DNA of 63,941 nt, filler included, from Bigelowiella natans CCMP2755 (lineage: Eukaryota; Protista; Cercozoa): assembly GCA_000320545.1 (NCBI GenBank). It is 5 parts of 5 records of this genome, joined end to end, with 100 filler letters (N's around TTAATTAATTAA, not from the genome) between each part and the next. Parts side by side here need not be neighbours in the genome. Positions count along the whole stretch, not along the records: positions 62,883 to 63,941 come from ADNK01001127.1; 4 more parts are not named here. One strand, given 5' to 3'. The notes under the pieces are model-generated. The model saw only the letters and a list, made by a program, of their open reading frames with translations, ran no database searches and had not been told where the DNA came from. The position numbers and the translations under genes are program-made. The first letter of the stretch is position 1; every line of letters starts with the position of its first letter. Shown here piece by piece: positions 62,900 through 63,941 of the stretch.

Positions 62900-63941
62900 A
62901 CACCGACCCCATTCCACCGGCCCGCACTTCCCATCGGCCGCACTTCCACTACCCACACGGCCATAGGCCACATTTCCATCGTCCCCACTTCCACTACCCG
63001 CACGGTAGTGATCATGCGTGTTTTCTCTCCCTTCCCCCTCCCCCCCCTCCCTTCTCTCTCTCTATCTTTGTGTGTGTGTGTGTGTGTGTCAGCATAGTCC
63101 GTGTGTAAGCGTGTGCCGTATCATCCATTTGTAGGTCACCGGCCTCATTTCCATCGCCCGCATTTCCATTACCCACACTGGCACCGTCCGCACTTTCACA
63201 ACCCTCACAGGTCGGGTTTGCCTTAGATCTCCGCCCTCCAGCTAATCCACCAACATCATCACCACACTGTACTCTCGTGCGGAGTCATCATGCTGCACTA
63301 CAACACGAACTCTGCTCACAGAAAAACACCATGCATGATAATAAATGCTGATATCATAATTCAGGCATAGGCCGCACAGGCATAGGCCGCACAGGCACTA
63401 TCCGCACTTGCATACTCGATATCCCACAAGATACCCCACAGGGTATCCTACAAGGTAGACCTCTTCGTACACACACACACAAACGCACATACAGCAGCGG
63501 TGATGCAAAAAGAAGGAATCAATGACGACAAGATGTACTGCTACAATTTATGTCGCATTGTGAGGGAATAAGTGGCAGTCGGAACATAGATTTGCGAGAA
63601 AATTGCATCTTCATCTTGTTCTTGTTCTTCTCGTCTAATAATATACATAAAAAAAATATATCATATCATATATATATATATATATATATATACATTATAT
63701 TATATATTCATAATACATAAATCCTTCTATCTCTCACAATGCTTTTCCTCCTCCTCCTCCTCCTCCTCCTCCTCCTCCTCCTCCTTTTCCTCCCATACTC
63801 TTCGTCCATTCTTCTTCTTCTTCTTCTTCTTCTTCTTCTTCTCTCTTCAACAACGAACGACGACCGGCAGGTATCCAACAAACTACCCGACGAAGTACCC
63901 GACAAGATACCCGACACCCTACCCGACAAAATACCCGACGA
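62900..63941 (+). CDS. His/Arg/Pro-rich (HRPHF) and YPTx-repeat protein, partial
   Basis: Exons 62900-63004, 63135-63210, 63365-63454 and 63871-end give PHFHYPHGHRPHFHRPHFHYPH|GHRPHFHRPHFHYPHWHRPHFHNPH|RHRPHRHRPHRHYPHLHTRYPTRYPTGYPT|RYPTNYPTKYPTRYPTPYPTKYPT. The start of the first exon is out of frame, probably from homopolymer errors. Confidence 0.7.
63872..63941 (+). repeat. 12-bp coding tandem repeat TACCCGACnnnn (YPTx)
   Basis: Six units visible up to the window end. Confidence 0.9.

Overview
Eukaryotic nuclear DNA: intron-rich (GT-AG), with microsatellite-filled introns. Five contigs are joined by artificial N44-TTAATTAATTAA-N44 linkers (10703-10802, 30156-30255, 43272-43371, 62783-62882), so adjacency across linkers is not evidence. 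Homopolymer-type indels are likely. The gene style and a signal-peptide-bearing ribosome-biogenesis protein suggest a nucleomorph-bearing alga such as a chlorarachniophyte (inference only). Genes I could splice by hand: a Sas10-C-terminal-domain protein with a leader, a PH-domain protein, an SF1B Upf1-like helicase, a Cys-mucin membrane protein, cyclin Y, an MBT-repeat protein, a SAM-CHAT-STAND-STAND-TPR NLR-like gene head-to-head with a TIR gene, a voltage-sensor/coiled-coil/PH protein, and a His-rich/YPT-repeat protein. There is also a young Ty3/gypsy 5' end and an old internally deleted gypsy. Two signals stand out. (1) Sharply bounded patches have lost almost every TpA to TpG or CpA on both strands, with CTAG spared. 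This looks like an A-to-G, RIP-like repeat hypermutation and is supported by Tyr to His/Cys changes in the integrase and by an LTR-to-LTR comparison. (2) A divergent TIR / caspase-like NLR gene pair is a candidate innate immune module.
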